Of a stretch of DNA of 64,000 nt, positions 13,230 to 25,485 are shown one piece after another (position 1 is the first letter of the stretch; the number at the start of each line of letters is the position of its first letter). The position numbers were made by a program, and so were the translations under genes. Below the pieces are notes generated by a model. It had not been told where the DNA came from. It saw only the letters and a list, made by a program, of their open reading frames with translations, and did no database searches. The stretch lies in contig CP158636.1 of NCBI GenBank assembly GCA_050273025.1, forward strand, positions 3,596,001 to 3,660,000. Direction: 5' to 3'. This stretch comes from Cenococcum geophilum (Eukaryota).

Positions 13230-16200
13230 ATACTCCTATACCTACTTCTTAAGCTCTGCTAGTTTTTTTACTTTATTGTATACGTCTTTAGCTTATTTTA
13301 ATTCGTTAATTCGTCGCTCTATATTTTCTATATATAGTATATATGCCTCCTTTTCTAGCTCCTCCATAAATAGGTAAGACTTATACCTCTTACCCATAGT
13401 CTAGGGTGTTTAACTTCGCGATAGTAGTAGTGGCATCTCTACTATATATGTGGTGGATACGCGCAACGTATCTAATACTAATGCAATATTATTATCTATT
13501 ATACTTATCTGCGAGATAATCTGGCTACTAAATATAGTAGGCTTAGGGGTATTAAATAGATTCTAAGAATTTTAAGGAAGATTTAGGCTAGGATTTCTAG
13601 CTCGCCGCTTAGCTAATTTTTGCTATTTCTGCGCTGCTTAAGCTTAGTATATACTTTATATATGCTTTATATATACATATATTATTTTTATAGCTATACT
13701 GCTATCCGCTTTAAGTTACTCTAATTTTTCTATATATTATCTATTCCCGTCTCTTTATATAGCTCTTATAGATTAAACATTTCTTATATATAAAGTTTAA
13801 GCCTATACTAAAATATTAGAATATATAGAGTATATATAGAGCATATACCGTTACCGTAGTACTACGGTAAGCACGCATAACTTTTGACCGGTAAAGTTAT
13901 TATCTTAAAAGTGACTACTTTTACCAATTCCAGTATACTTCCGTATATACGCCCACCACTTATAAGGAACCTTTGACTTTTCCTTTATAAGCCTAACTAG
14001 TATCTATAGTTTCTTCTTATTGTTTATCTAAGACGTAAGCTCTAGATGTAGTATATATATACTTTATATACGCGCTGTTAGTTTCTGCTTTATCTCTGCT
14101 TCCTATATCTGCTCTATAATATATCTTACTTTATAAGTTTAAAAGCGCTTTATAAAGTTTCGTTTAATATATACTAGGCAAAATATAAGCATATACTAAA
14201 GGTGTTCGTCCTATTTATAGGATGGGTTAATTATATATAGGTAATCTTTAAAGCCTATATTGTGAGTATATGCTTAGTATATATAAAGTATATATAGAGC
14301 GTATACTTACCGCTAGCTTATTTCTTACATATATTAACTATAGTAGTGCGAAATCTAGTTCCGTGAATATATGTAAATTGTATAAATAATTAAGCAGTAT
14401 TACCTAAAACCTTAAATACTAGCTAAAATATCTTTACGTACGTAGCACGTGTTTTTAGATTAAGAAAGGCGTATACCCACACCTTAATTCCTATAAGTGT
14501 TTAGCTTATATATAGCATATATATAGTATAGGGTATATATACGTTTAAAATTCTTATCCTATCCTATAATTAAGAATAAATTCGTTTTGCCTTAAACCAT
14601 CTTAAATGATAGGTTTATTTCGATATATATTACGCGTTAAAATGCTTTAGCTTGTGTATACGTATAATATATAATAAGGAAATACTCGTTGTTAAAGTTA
14701 TAAATTGCCCGAATCTATTACTTGGTGTTCTCTTTATATTAATTAATAGAGAACTTGCGTAGTATACCTGCTACGCTTAGCCTTTATATATACTTAGCGT
14801 GTGTCTAACCTATACTTACCTATATATGCCGTCCCCTCTAAAAATTATAGCATCCTTTCCTTTTAAATTAGAGCAGTAATTCAATCCTTAATATTAAGAC
14901 TACTATATACAGCACGTAGTGTTTGCGTTTTATACTTCCTATATAAAATATAGTACTACGGCGATAGGATAAATCGACCTATATAATAGTAAGTAGTTTT
15001 ATTTGCATATACTATACATATACGGAGTATACGTATAGTAAGGCTTAGGATATCCACTTACTTTATTACTTTAACTATATTATTAGCAAGGTCGATTAGT
15101 AGCTTTATTAGATATAGTAGATAATATATATAAGAATTTCGTGTAATAAGGTAAATATAAGGATACCGTGCTATATTAACAGGAATATAGTAGTCTAACT
15201 ATGCACCATATATTTGGCCTACTACCCTACCTTAGCCTTACGGGTGGTTGAATCCTACGTCGGCTTAGCATATATATAGCGTATATACAATATATATATT
15301 ATATACTATAATATTTTCGCTTTAACGTTATATGTCCAATATAGGTATATTCTCGTTTAACTTCCTAAACTCTATATTTAATAAGTAACTAAAGGTATTA
15401 AATATCTACCTAGGCAGTTATTAATGATAAAGGCTAGGCAGTATGCTATAGTTTAGTATTACTACTGCTAAAATAACTAATAAACTCTACCTGTATATAA
15501 TAAGCATATATTGTGTATACGTAGGATATATATATACTCCATGCCGAAAAAATATTATTAGTCTGTTTTTACTATATACACGTTCTTATATACTAGGGTA
15601 GATATATTACCGCTATAATTATAGAACACTGTGGTAGTAGCTGTATATTATAAGTATATACCTAATATATATAGATAATGCTTACTTCTTTATGCTTTGC
15701 TTAAGCATTTTATTAATCTTTACTGCCTAGTATAGATGACTACTACGCTTTTAGAGGTCGTTAATTAATTTAAGCTTAACCCTATTATATACTAAGTATA
15801 TATAAAGTATATCCTTATAGGCGTACTCGCAGTGTCTAATGCCGCTGCATTTAAACGCTTAGTAAAATACTTTTTTACTCTCCTAATTGTTTTTACTAAG
15901 AAGCTATAGTTATATAATCTTAGGGCTACCAGTTTAATAGAATGAGAATTAAATCTGCTAGATGTATAAATATAGCATATACTTTATATGTGTATTACTT
16001 ACCTTTAATATATACCAATTAATAACCTTATATACTATTTTTTTATCTATATCTATAGATAGCAGAGGTATTGCTTTATAGATAAAGTATATAATTTCTT
16101 CTTTCCTAGTTGCTGGATATTCTGGTATTATAATATGGTCTATTACCTCTTAGACGATAACTTAATGCTTACTATTAGAGCTAATAAGTGCTCTATAGTC

Positions 16201-16500
16201 TTAAAGTGTTCCCTAGCTATTCTAAGTATATATATAGCTTATATATAAAGTTAGATATAGTTTTACCTTAGAGAGACCTATATAAAATGGAAGCCGCTAT
16301 TATATACTATCTTAACCCTCGCCCTCTTTATCCTCCTCCTTACCCTCTTTATCTTTAATACCCTCTCCGCCGATTATATTATTTTAAGAACTATTGTCTT
16401 CGTATTTAATATTAGGTAAGCTCTAGAATGCCTATATATACTTAGTATATGCGTAGCATATAGTTATATATACTGACTAGTAGGCCGTTTAACCATCCTA
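13230..16500 (-). pseudogene. Intron-rich MULE-type DDE transposase relic
   Basis: Minus-strand reading gives IEINLSFKMV*GKTN (EIDLSFK after undoing RIP), VNICKK*ASG (D.C.KQA.G) and EHL*YMLIFCLVYIKRNF (FC.VH..RN, CxxH). Boundaries approximate. Confidence 0.65.
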
Positions 16501-16750
16501 CTATACTCTCGTTTGCTTTAGTATAGTTTTTACTTGTTATTTATATACTGTAATACGCGTAAATATATATATATGTATGTGTGTGTATATATATATATAT
16601 ATATCCTATGTGCCTGTGTATGCGTAGTATATGCCCTAGATATTTTGGTTTATGCGGTCGCTTAAGTTAAATATGGCTACTAATGCGTGTTCTATATGGG
16701 TAAAAGTGTGACCCTGCCGACCTTTTTCCGGCGCTCTATTGGTGACCCCG

Positions 16751-18225
16751 CTCTACGTAGCCGAAATAAGTGTCGGTTTGGGGCACGTGTACGCCTTACC
16801 TAAACAAAGCCCCCTAAGCATGCCTTATAATTATAATAAACCTTATAACACCACCATTTCGCACCCAAATTTGTTTAGTATAATTACTAATTATGGCCCG
16901 AGTTACTAAGGAGCCTGCATCTTGAAAGATGCGGGTAAAACACTTTACCCTACCCCTAGAATTATACCACAATGCTAGGGAAAATAAGCATTTAAAGACT
17001 CCTCTATGTATAGGAGTTCTCTACGCCAAAATCTATAGCTAATTGCTGGGTAAGGCTATTCCTCCAGCTATTATATAGCAGGCTACTAGAATTACTAAGC
17101 GCTCTTAGTAATATATTGTGGCCTTAAAGCAATGTAGAACTATATATAATTTTAGGCTAGAAATAAGAGGGAGAAATTAAGCCCTTATAAAGGAAGACAC
17201 CTATGCTATTACTGTATATTTAGACGACCCTAATCTTAATTAAGACTTAAAATTAGCCCTATAGCAGACTATTGTTTAAGAGGCCCTAAATTATAAAGAT
17301 CTTTTAATGGTTCTAACTTGGAGAATAGGTTACTAACCTCTTAGAAATAAGCTAATTTAAAGAGCTATAAAAAAGGATAAAGGATATATTAATGTAAAGA
17401 TAGAGGAAGAGAAGTGGCTTAACCTAAAGTAGGCAGATAAAAGGAAGAATTAGTGCTATTTACAGCTAAAAGAAAGACCCTATCCTAAGGACTGGAATAA
17501 TATTACTTTTTGTAATAAATATTACTTTAGTTTAGGTATAGAAGAAACCTATAGGATTAAGAGAAGGAGTAGTAATCTTTACCGCTATTTACTATAGAAT
17601 GTTTATAGGAAGAAGGGAGTTATTAAAAAGGATAAAAAGGAGAAGGCCCGAGAGAAGAAGCATCTTAAACTATTTAATGTTTTTATTATTATTGGTAGGA
17701 CCTAGAAGAAGTTCTTCTTATATAAGGTAGATAACTAGGTAGGCAAAATAAACTTAAAAGCCTATACTAAGTAGGTGTTACTATGGCTTCTTTTAAAGTT
17801 TAATATTAAGGGAATTACTTTATATTAGAATATAGATTTAGCGCATAAATTAAGGGAGTCTTTAGCCTGGGTAAAGGAATGGGACTTAAAGCTTCTAATA
17901 TTGCCTGGTTTATTACCAGATTTATTAATTATAGAGTCCTTAGCCTATCCTATTAAGAAGAAGTTCTATTTAAAGCGCGTGGAAGAGGAGGATATAGCAT
18001 TAGAGCGTTTTATAGATATTTAGGAGAACTAAGTGGATTAGGAGAAGATTGTAGAGATATATAGCTGGTACACGAAGCGCCTGCATAAGTGCATTAGGGC
18101 TGACGGGCAGATAACTCGATATTGAATTAATTTGGCTGTATTGTGGTGTTGTAAACGATCGTGAAGCAATGATTTTGGTGGATGCGCACGTGCCCCAAAC
18201 CGACACTTATTTCGGCTACGTAGAG
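16751..18225 (+). mobile_element. RIP-degraded Tc1/IS630-like DNA transposon nested in the MULE subterminal region
   Basis: Perfect 39-bp TIRs (16751-16789 / 18187-18225); relic ORF with Y*NIDLAH and LPGLLPDLLIIESL (QD.D.AH and P..SPDL.IIE after undoing RIP); flanked by CCCCG on both sides. Confidence 0.88.
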
Positions 18226-18413
18226 CCCCGTTCAGCTTTCGCCGACCCCCATTGGTGACCCTGTTCAACTTTTCCGTGACCCTGCTCAGCTGCACCCCGG
18301 TCGTTTAGAACATTCTGATTGGCCGAGCCCAGAATCTCCCACACTAGGCTTCGGCCCCTGCAATTGGCCTAGTGTAAACGTACTTACACTAACGTTTGGT
18401 GACGGAAAATCAA

Positions 18414-18705
18414 GGACAGCGGTAGCGGGACACCCCCTAATTGATACGCGGACACCCCCCACCGATTGAGTTTAGGTCCTCCCTAATTAAGTTAGAATAT
18501 CACGTGAATTTAAGTTGTTTGCATCTGCATCGCGAAAATCAAATTATCCTCGCATTTACCTTACCTATTCCCGCCCCAGCCTCTAACTGTTAAGCGCCTC
18601 CGCGGCCGCCTAGCTGGCTTTATTTGCGTTAATACATTAACTTGTTATAAGCCATTAGCATTCGAAGAGAATACCGGGTATACTACACGTGAGTATGGTC
18701 GCGGT

Positions 18706-18741
<36 letters not shown>

Positions 18742-19078
18742 TGCGGGTGCAGGCGTGGGCGCAGGCGCGAGTGCGGGCATACTCACAGGCAGTTCGTAGA
18801 CATCAAGCAGAGGCAGCAGTACCCAAATAAGTTCATGCGGCGCCTCACAGAGTACCGCGCAATCGAGGTGTTACGGTCATAATATTTTGAGTACGGGCTC
18901 GCGACCGTCGCGCACTGATGCAGATGCAAACAACTTAAATTCACGTGATATTCTAACTTAATTAGGGAGAACCTAAACTTAATTGGTGGGGGGTGTCCGC
19001 GTATCAATTGGGGGGTGTCCGCGTATCAATTGGGGGGTGTCCGTGTATCAATTAGGGGGTGTCCCGCTACCGCTGTCC
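18414..19078. mobile_element. Non-autonomous TIR element (MITE-like), 665 bp, 8-bp TSD
   Basis: TSD AAAATCAA at 18406-18413 and 19079-19086; >100-bp TIRs starting GGACAGCGGTAGCGGGACACCCCC; internal (GGGCGC)n tract at ~18700-18780. Confidence 0.88.
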
Positions 19079-20367
19079 AAAATCAAAACACTGCCAGATT
19101 TTCCGGCGGTGTGCCCAAATAGGAAAGTGCCCTCCCTAATTAGGTAGACGGTCGGATTTTCCGTTAAAACTCCCCTGCTGTCAAAACCACGTCACCAACG
19201 TTACCTTGGCCTCGGTCCGCGTAATCTGTCTTTGGTTAGATACAAAATCCTCTCACATCTCGTCTGACATCCCTTCGTGTGGCAAGTTTTCTTGCACGCC
19301 TCATAAGCCAATCTAGAGGCTCTATACCGTATAGAGTTTGGTGTTGAAGCCTCTTGTCAGTGTAGTTGCTCGGTGGCAGGGGTGCTAGCGCCTCATTGAC
19401 GTCTTTGACGCTTAAATATTGCGGTAAACAGCAGCGACGTGGCTAAGAAGCTTATATGGTATTATAAGTGCACTCGGCTTTCAGTTGGTTTCATATGTGA
19501 ACAAGTACAACAATCTTGTTTATCCGATTTGTCAGATCACTGACTAGGCAGAAAGCGGAATGAATATAAGAAGCTCTATGTGGGAGGATCTAAGGTGACT
19601 CGATAGCCCGAGAATATATCTACAGGGTAGCCCGCGCACTGTCACGTGATCTATCACGTGCACGTCGCCGAGCTCAAAGAGACTGCCCTAGTACTCCCCT
19701 TACCAACATGATTAACCAACCCAACAACCGACCAAGCGCTCCTATTCGGTAATTGGTTTGATTTAGGTGCTAAATACGCAACAAAACCGAGCTAGTTATA
19801 TCACTGAGGCCCAGCAAAATTTATCAGAAGGAAAACCTCTCAATACAAAATGGGCAGTACATCAGCCGAGATTGAATCATCTACCGTGTACATCAATGGT
19901 ACAATTGCGATTTGCTAAACACTAACTCCCAGCTATATTATAAATTTGTTTTTGCGGCAGAAACCGTGAAGCCAAAATGATTGAACCAGTGTCAAAAACG
20001 TCAACCATACATGTACACCTGACTCTTCATAGATCCTTTTTGAAAAAAATAGTGTTTTGAGCATGAAGCAATTATGCAGACATGTATCGTGAATTTATCC
20101 GTGAATTCATCCTGAGAGGGTGGAGCGGTCGTACTGCGATAGCAGGAGGGGTGTTAATGCCTGTACGATCGTAAAATATTACATGGGTCATCCGACAAGA
20201 GACAAAAGCGTATAATCAGATCGAGAGTCAGGGCCATTGTGAGCTGCCTGACTAATTAATGCTAGCCCGAAAGCTCAACGGTTAAAAACACGAGCTGTAC
20301 TGTGAATGGATTAGTGCCAACATCCAGAACCTTGTAAGAGTTATGGGGACGAATTACAATCCGGGGG

Positions 20368-20875
20368 CTACCGGCGCCTCACAGAGCTGGATTTTACTAG
20401 GCCGTACTCTTGCACGCTCTGTTGCGAGAGCACGACGTCAAAGGACGGGTTTTCGACATCTGGAACCAGGAAGCGTGTGATATACGTCTTTCGAGGCGCA
20501 CTAGTTATGCTCCACTGTATATCTACATAGCCCTGCAAGCGAACTTGGCATCTATCAACAATGACTAGTCGATCTTCTGCTGCGCTTCCCTCTTTGTCAA
20601 ATAGGTGAATCTCGAGGCCTAACACTTCGTTGACAAGCGTTTTGGAGATGAGACTTAAATCGGATCTGGTGTCGAGGGATAAGATTGCTAATCTTGAGGA
20701 TGGTGGATCGGTGTTTAGGTTGGTGTAGATATCAATGGTAGGCCGGAGGCGGTTATCAAGGCTGCACTGGTCAATTAGTGAGCAATTTATCTCATCTTCG
20801 GCCAGAAAAACAAGGAAATACCTTCAGACGTGATCTCCCGAGATAATAACTTTGGGTCGACATCCATTGTGGCAT
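20368..20875 (-). CDS. Small retropepsin-like protein (~150 aa) with degenerate active-site motif LDTRS; exons 20822-20875 and 20368-20766
   Basis: Phase-0 55-nt intron (gtattt...ctaattgaccag). Protein ...RLAILSLDTRSDLSLISKTLV...GYVDIQW...TRFLV...FDVVLS follows retropepsin motif order (D-T/S-G, then S; G...W; F.V; D.+LG). Confidence 0.65.
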
Positions 20876-22202
20876 AATAACAACATATGCCTGTGCGTAT
20901 GCGCTCTTGCAAAGAGTGAACTGGGACGATGAAGCACACTAAAAATTGCGCAGCTGCTCAGGAATCAGCGTGCAGGCTCACCCGTTTTATGTCTGGATGG
21001 GGGGCTAATTGGCTGAAATAACATAAGGCCAGAATGTGGCGCTAGCCTTTCATTCTGCCGCCTTCCTTGAATTGCTTTTCCGAGGCTGCGTTTGTCATAC
21101 AATGCACGCGTCTAGTAGGCTGAGTATCGCCTACGTTACCTGAATACTCCGTATAGTAGAATCACCATGCTGATTTCGAGTCTCTTGACAGAAGTGTTAT
21201 TGAGATGATTGGTTATGAGTTCTATGATACATATCTCATCGCTCAATGAGTAGGCTGGCAAGGCAACGCACTGTCGGAACAGCTCCATCCGGTGCTTAGC
21301 GCTTTAACCATCTGCGCTGTGAAGGTGTCTGTGCAGGAGCAGCACAGGGACCCAACCGTTGTGGAGCCGTGCGCGAAACATAGGAGGCCACGATTATTGG
21401 CTTAATAGCCATCTGGTTAGGTACGACCTTCCAATTTCGGATTGGCCTTCTCTTGAAGAACGAATTATTTTATGCCATCGACGTTGAGAAGATGCACTGT
21501 TTTCCTCAGCATGCATTATACCTTGCAGCATGCCTCTCCCAGACATACAGGCACAGCCTCTCATTTTTATTCGTGCGATCCACACACGTGTATTCTCGCA
21601 ACACACTGGCGTTTGTACTTGTACAAGAGTCCCTAATGTCCCCAATTTTTAAAGTGCAGAACCCTAATCACAGTCGGCACGGCCTGCCGCACAAAATCTA
21701 TATCTTGGGGTATTTAACTGGAGGCATCCTTCACGAGGGTCATAATCACAAAAGGACCTGGAAGTGCATAAAGTCTCATCTGGTTGCCTCTTCTCGCGCT
21801 CGCCGACGGTGTTCGACTTTGTGCTGCAGGGCGCCAATCCCGCAAACCTATCAAGAATTGCAGCCCATAGGAGTCAGTTGTGTTACGCCTTGCTGGGGGA
21901 TGTCTGCGAGTCGAATCCGGGCCTCAGCTGCAAGCGTGGTGGAGGAGCAGACGGTCTTTATCTTCTCAGCCTTTCGAAAGCTGCCAACGACTACAGATGG
22001 ATGCATTGCTGCATAATCCTCGCCGGCTTATTCTCACAGTTTTTTCACAAGGCTGCGAAGCCATCTCTCCACGCACTATTAGACCCAGAAACCTCCCTTC
22101 TAAAGGGCTCGCTTTTTCTCCGATCTGTTGTCTTGCGCCTTGTGAAGTCGGTGTGATTTGACATTTTGACAAAAAATTCTAAACTCTAGCAAGACGTTAT
22201 CT

Positions 22203-23252
22203 ATGGCAAATGAAGGCGCCAAAGCACCACCCGCTGCGACCCCTCTGCAGGGTCTAATTCCTGGGTACCCTAAACTCAGCGGGAGGATGGGAATAGTCCC
22301 AGAGATGGCTATCTTCCGCCGATTTGGGACACTGAACGCTCAGATGCTGCTCTACATGCAATCTGAACTTATCCACCTGGAGGAAGAGCTCCGGGAACTC
22401 GAGCTGGAGGATAGCCGGAGCAAACAGCCATATAAGAGCAAATACTCCCGTGACTGCTTTTTTCTGTACAACCCAACGACAAAGGGAGATGATAGACAGC
22501 TAAGGCTGGTGTTAAAAATCAAGGCAAAACTGAAGGAGTATAGTAAGCATATGGTCGCTTTGGAAAGATGAGTTGTTACTGAGGTTTCATGAACTAGACA
22601 AAGCTTTGAAACTGCAATCGGCCCTCACCAGCATGCCGGAGCCCTCCAAGTATGACCTTAAATACCTCCAGGGCTACATGGAAACACGCGAAATGGGCCC
22701 TTTTATCATGACAGGCCCAGATGCGGACATCTGGGGCTCGCTGGATGAGCCAAAATCGCACGCCCCAGATCTCGTCGCTCTGCAGCCCCGACATACCGAA
22801 GATCCATTCTCGAATTGGGTAACCGGTACAGGCATGAAGATATTTTTCTGGTGCGGCGGCCACCGCAGGCGTGAACCGTCGCCCGTCCACGGCATGGTTG
22901 TATACTCCAACAGCAAGCTGCTGCGCATTACATACTGGATTACCAGCACCCTCGCCTCATTGCTGCCTGTTTCTTCAATCATCATCTTATACCGCGTTAG
23001 GTCGATGCTCGCACGGCTGACTGTAATCGCTGGGTTCAACGTTATCATCTCGCTCTGTCTCCTGGGCTTCACAAATGCTAGAAGGAGCGAGATTTTTGCT
23101 GTTACCGCTGCGTGAGTTTTTAATTATTCCCTGGCGCTGAGAAAAGTGTTGGGCACATAATGTCTCATCTGACTTGCCATAGGTTCGCAGCTGTTCAGGT
23201 GGTATTCGTCGGAGCCAATGGAACGAACGCGACAACCGGAAATAATGGATAG
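22203..23252 (+). CDS. DUF6594-family membrane protein (307 aa); exons 22203-22542, 22598-23111, 23183-23252
   Basis: GYPKLS..M....AIFRRFGTLNAQMLLYMQSELIHLEEEL, KLKEYNKAL, DLVAL, C-terminal hydrophobic helices and EIFAVTAAFAAVQVVFVG; the spliced length (924 nt) keeps frame. Confidence 0.88.
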
Positions 23253-23633
23253 TCAATGTGTAGCGGTTGCTCGAGGCGCAGAACTTTGGCCAGTGTTTTG
23301 ATCGATGCATTTTGCCGTATCGCAGAGCTAGACCAATAGAAGGAAATAGAAAAAAGCACTGCGATTCGAGGCATTTAGCATAAATAGAGCAGCACAAATT
23401 TAAGTTAAGTGTAAAGCTCAGTGACATTGTAGCCGAAGAGCTCGGCTTAGACTAACAGCGTATGACTTCTCGTATGACCTTTTCTCCCACCTCCCCACCA
23501 GCCCAGGAGAGAATGAAAAATGCTGCCCGCTAGTACACGATGCCCGCTAGTACACGATGCCATGCTACAGCTAATGCTTTACAGACCCCTTGAGAAGATA
23601 TCAAAGCCGCCATGCGCCCTGCCGGCTAGCGTA

Positions 23634-23871
23634 CTGTGGTGTCAAGGGTAAGTTTTGGGCCAAGCCGCTAGTCTTACCTTTCGTGGCGTATGCTATAAAA
23701 CAGCTTAACGAGTTAATTAATTAAATACATTAACACTGTCTAGATATAGTTACCGCAGAAAGAGACCATATAAAATAGTAGTAGATTAGGTAATTTAGAC
23801 ACTGTTAATAAATAACATAGCGCTTTAGCGTATTTAGCAGCTTGGCCCAAAACTTACCCTTAACACCACAG
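23634..23871. mobile_element. MITE, 238 bp, TA TSD
   Basis: TA|ctgtggtgtcaagggtaagttttgggccaagccgcta ... tagcagcttggcccaaaacttacccttaacaccacag|TA. Confidence 0.85.
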
Positions 23872-24599
23872 TAATGCCCGAATACCTCTATTGGCAAACC
23901 AAAGAATTAGGCAATAGTTGCCCGCTAAGATAACCTCAGTCACGGTGGTCGTCATGTGCCCGAAACTCCAATAAAGTCTTAGCGCAAATGAACATGAACA
24001 AAGTCACACACTTGTGAATATACAAAATAAAAAGATGCAGGTTGTATAATACAAATGAGATATGCAGGATTATTGTTGAACACCATGTGGTTTTTCTTTT
24101 TTCATTAATTATTTCTTTTTAAGAAAAGGAAACGTGCATCCGTATAGACAAAAGTCAAGAAAAAATGGGCTCCCTCTCGAAGCGATGCTGAACAGCAACT
24201 ATGGTGACATTTGAAGGAGACTTGCGCTTGTGTTGAAGTGTATTGAATTTGAAAAGAGGTATTGGGGATTAAGATGAATATGAACGACTAAGTAGCTGGA
24301 TTGCGCCTGCCATCGGAGCTTGTATGGAAGGGTTGACGTGCAGGCAGATGAATTGTGAAGGTGGTTATGCTGATGATAGGTTCCAGTACAAATTTGGAGT
24401 GTATTAAGCATCTGTCATGACGTCGTGATCTTATGGTATCGTGTTAGCAAATGCTCGTGACGTCGGAGGTTATGGTGGGTCCTGGGCGATGATAGGCTTG
24501 CGGGTGGAGTTGTGGACAGTCATTGCGTCAGAAATGGTCATGATGCGATTACATAGTATGTGCAGTTGACATCTTTAAGAGCACCTAACGTGCTAGCGG

Positions 24600-25485
24600 C
24601 TATGACGGCGGTGGTGCTGTTCCATTCTGAAGGTGCTGCTCTCTGATGACACGCTTGATGTCATGATCGGTGATTGAGGTTTCCTGTTTCGTCTGTAAAG
24701 CTTTGTCCCGTTCGTGTTCTATATCTTACTGTTAGACCAGAAGGCAATGTGCAATAGGCTCTTAAGGCTTACTGGGTACTAGCTTAGGTGGTGGCTCAAT
24801 AAAGCCGGGAGCCCCCACAGGAACGAGTCGCCAGTGTTCACCAATGACATCTTCCCCGATCAGGACATCGCAGCCTTGGATAGGATGCTCTGACACAAAG
24901 AATGAAGCGTTGATAAACTTTCTACTCCCCTCAACACGGAATCGCATATTTAGTTTACCAGTCGACCTGACCTCTTTCCCGTCTATAGTGCGGAAGATGG
25001 TTCTCGGGCCATCGGGGAACACCTCAACTTGCACTCGTAGTGATTTGAGATGCTCATTGAAATACTCGCACGAGAGGAATGTTATGGGGAGACCCGAGTC
25101 CAACATGCCACCCGCAGCACATATAACGTCTTGGTTACCATCTCTAACAGCGAACTGTATAGTACGGTCAAACCTGGCCTGTTCTCTGCGAATGAGCTTT
25201 CTCAATTATACCCAAACAAAAATATTGGTGTAGTACCTTTTCCCAAAGAAAACACGATACAACAAGGCTAGCAATATTCCAGCGGAGGCGATAGAACGGA
25301 TATTTTACGCGCCTGAGCGTCAGAGCATCTGAAGGGACGAGGGCGCAAACACCGGGGCTGTGTGTCTGTGCAGCAGGAGGATCGTTCGGCGTTGTCATGC
25401 TCGGGAGGGTTGCTTGTGGTACCGCATCCTGAACTGTGGTCGACCTGCTCTGGATATGACTGTGCGGTTGAATTGAGTCGTCCAT
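24600..25485 (-). CDS. Small retropepsin-like aspartyl protease with intact LDSG motif; exon 1 25237-25485, exon 2 from 25178; stops at 24762 unspliced or at ~24600 via a second intron
   Basis: GGMLDSGLPITFLS...FRTIDGKEVRSTGKLNMRF...ASFFV...CDVLIGEDVI is a typical single-domain retropepsin pattern; phase-0 intron 25179-25236; gtaagc donor near 24773 suggests a helical tail exon. Confidence 0.72.

Larger units (their letters stand above)
10738..18298 (-). mobile_element. RIP-degraded Mutator-like (MULE) element, ~6.1 kb without the nested insert
   Basis: 9-bp TSD GGTCGTTTA at 10729-10737 and 18299-18307; GGGG...CCCC ends; imperfect TIRs with repeated (g)ggtcac/gtgaccc motifs; relic transposase on the minus strand. 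Confidence 0.85.

Noticed and set aside
16561..16605. (TA)n/(TG)n tract
   Set aside because: Ordinary microsatellite inside a TE.
18980..19062. 21-bp tandem repeats as a possible CRISPR-like array
   Set aside because: No spacers, eukaryotic context, and part of a MITE TIR.
21394..22172. Overlapping ORFs of 68-187 aa between the DTR protein and DUF6594
   Set aside because: Mostly non-ATG starts and no motifs; more likely shared promoter/UTR sequence.
23524..23561. 17-bp tandem duplication tgcccgctagtacacga
   Set aside because: Simple local duplication with no further structure.
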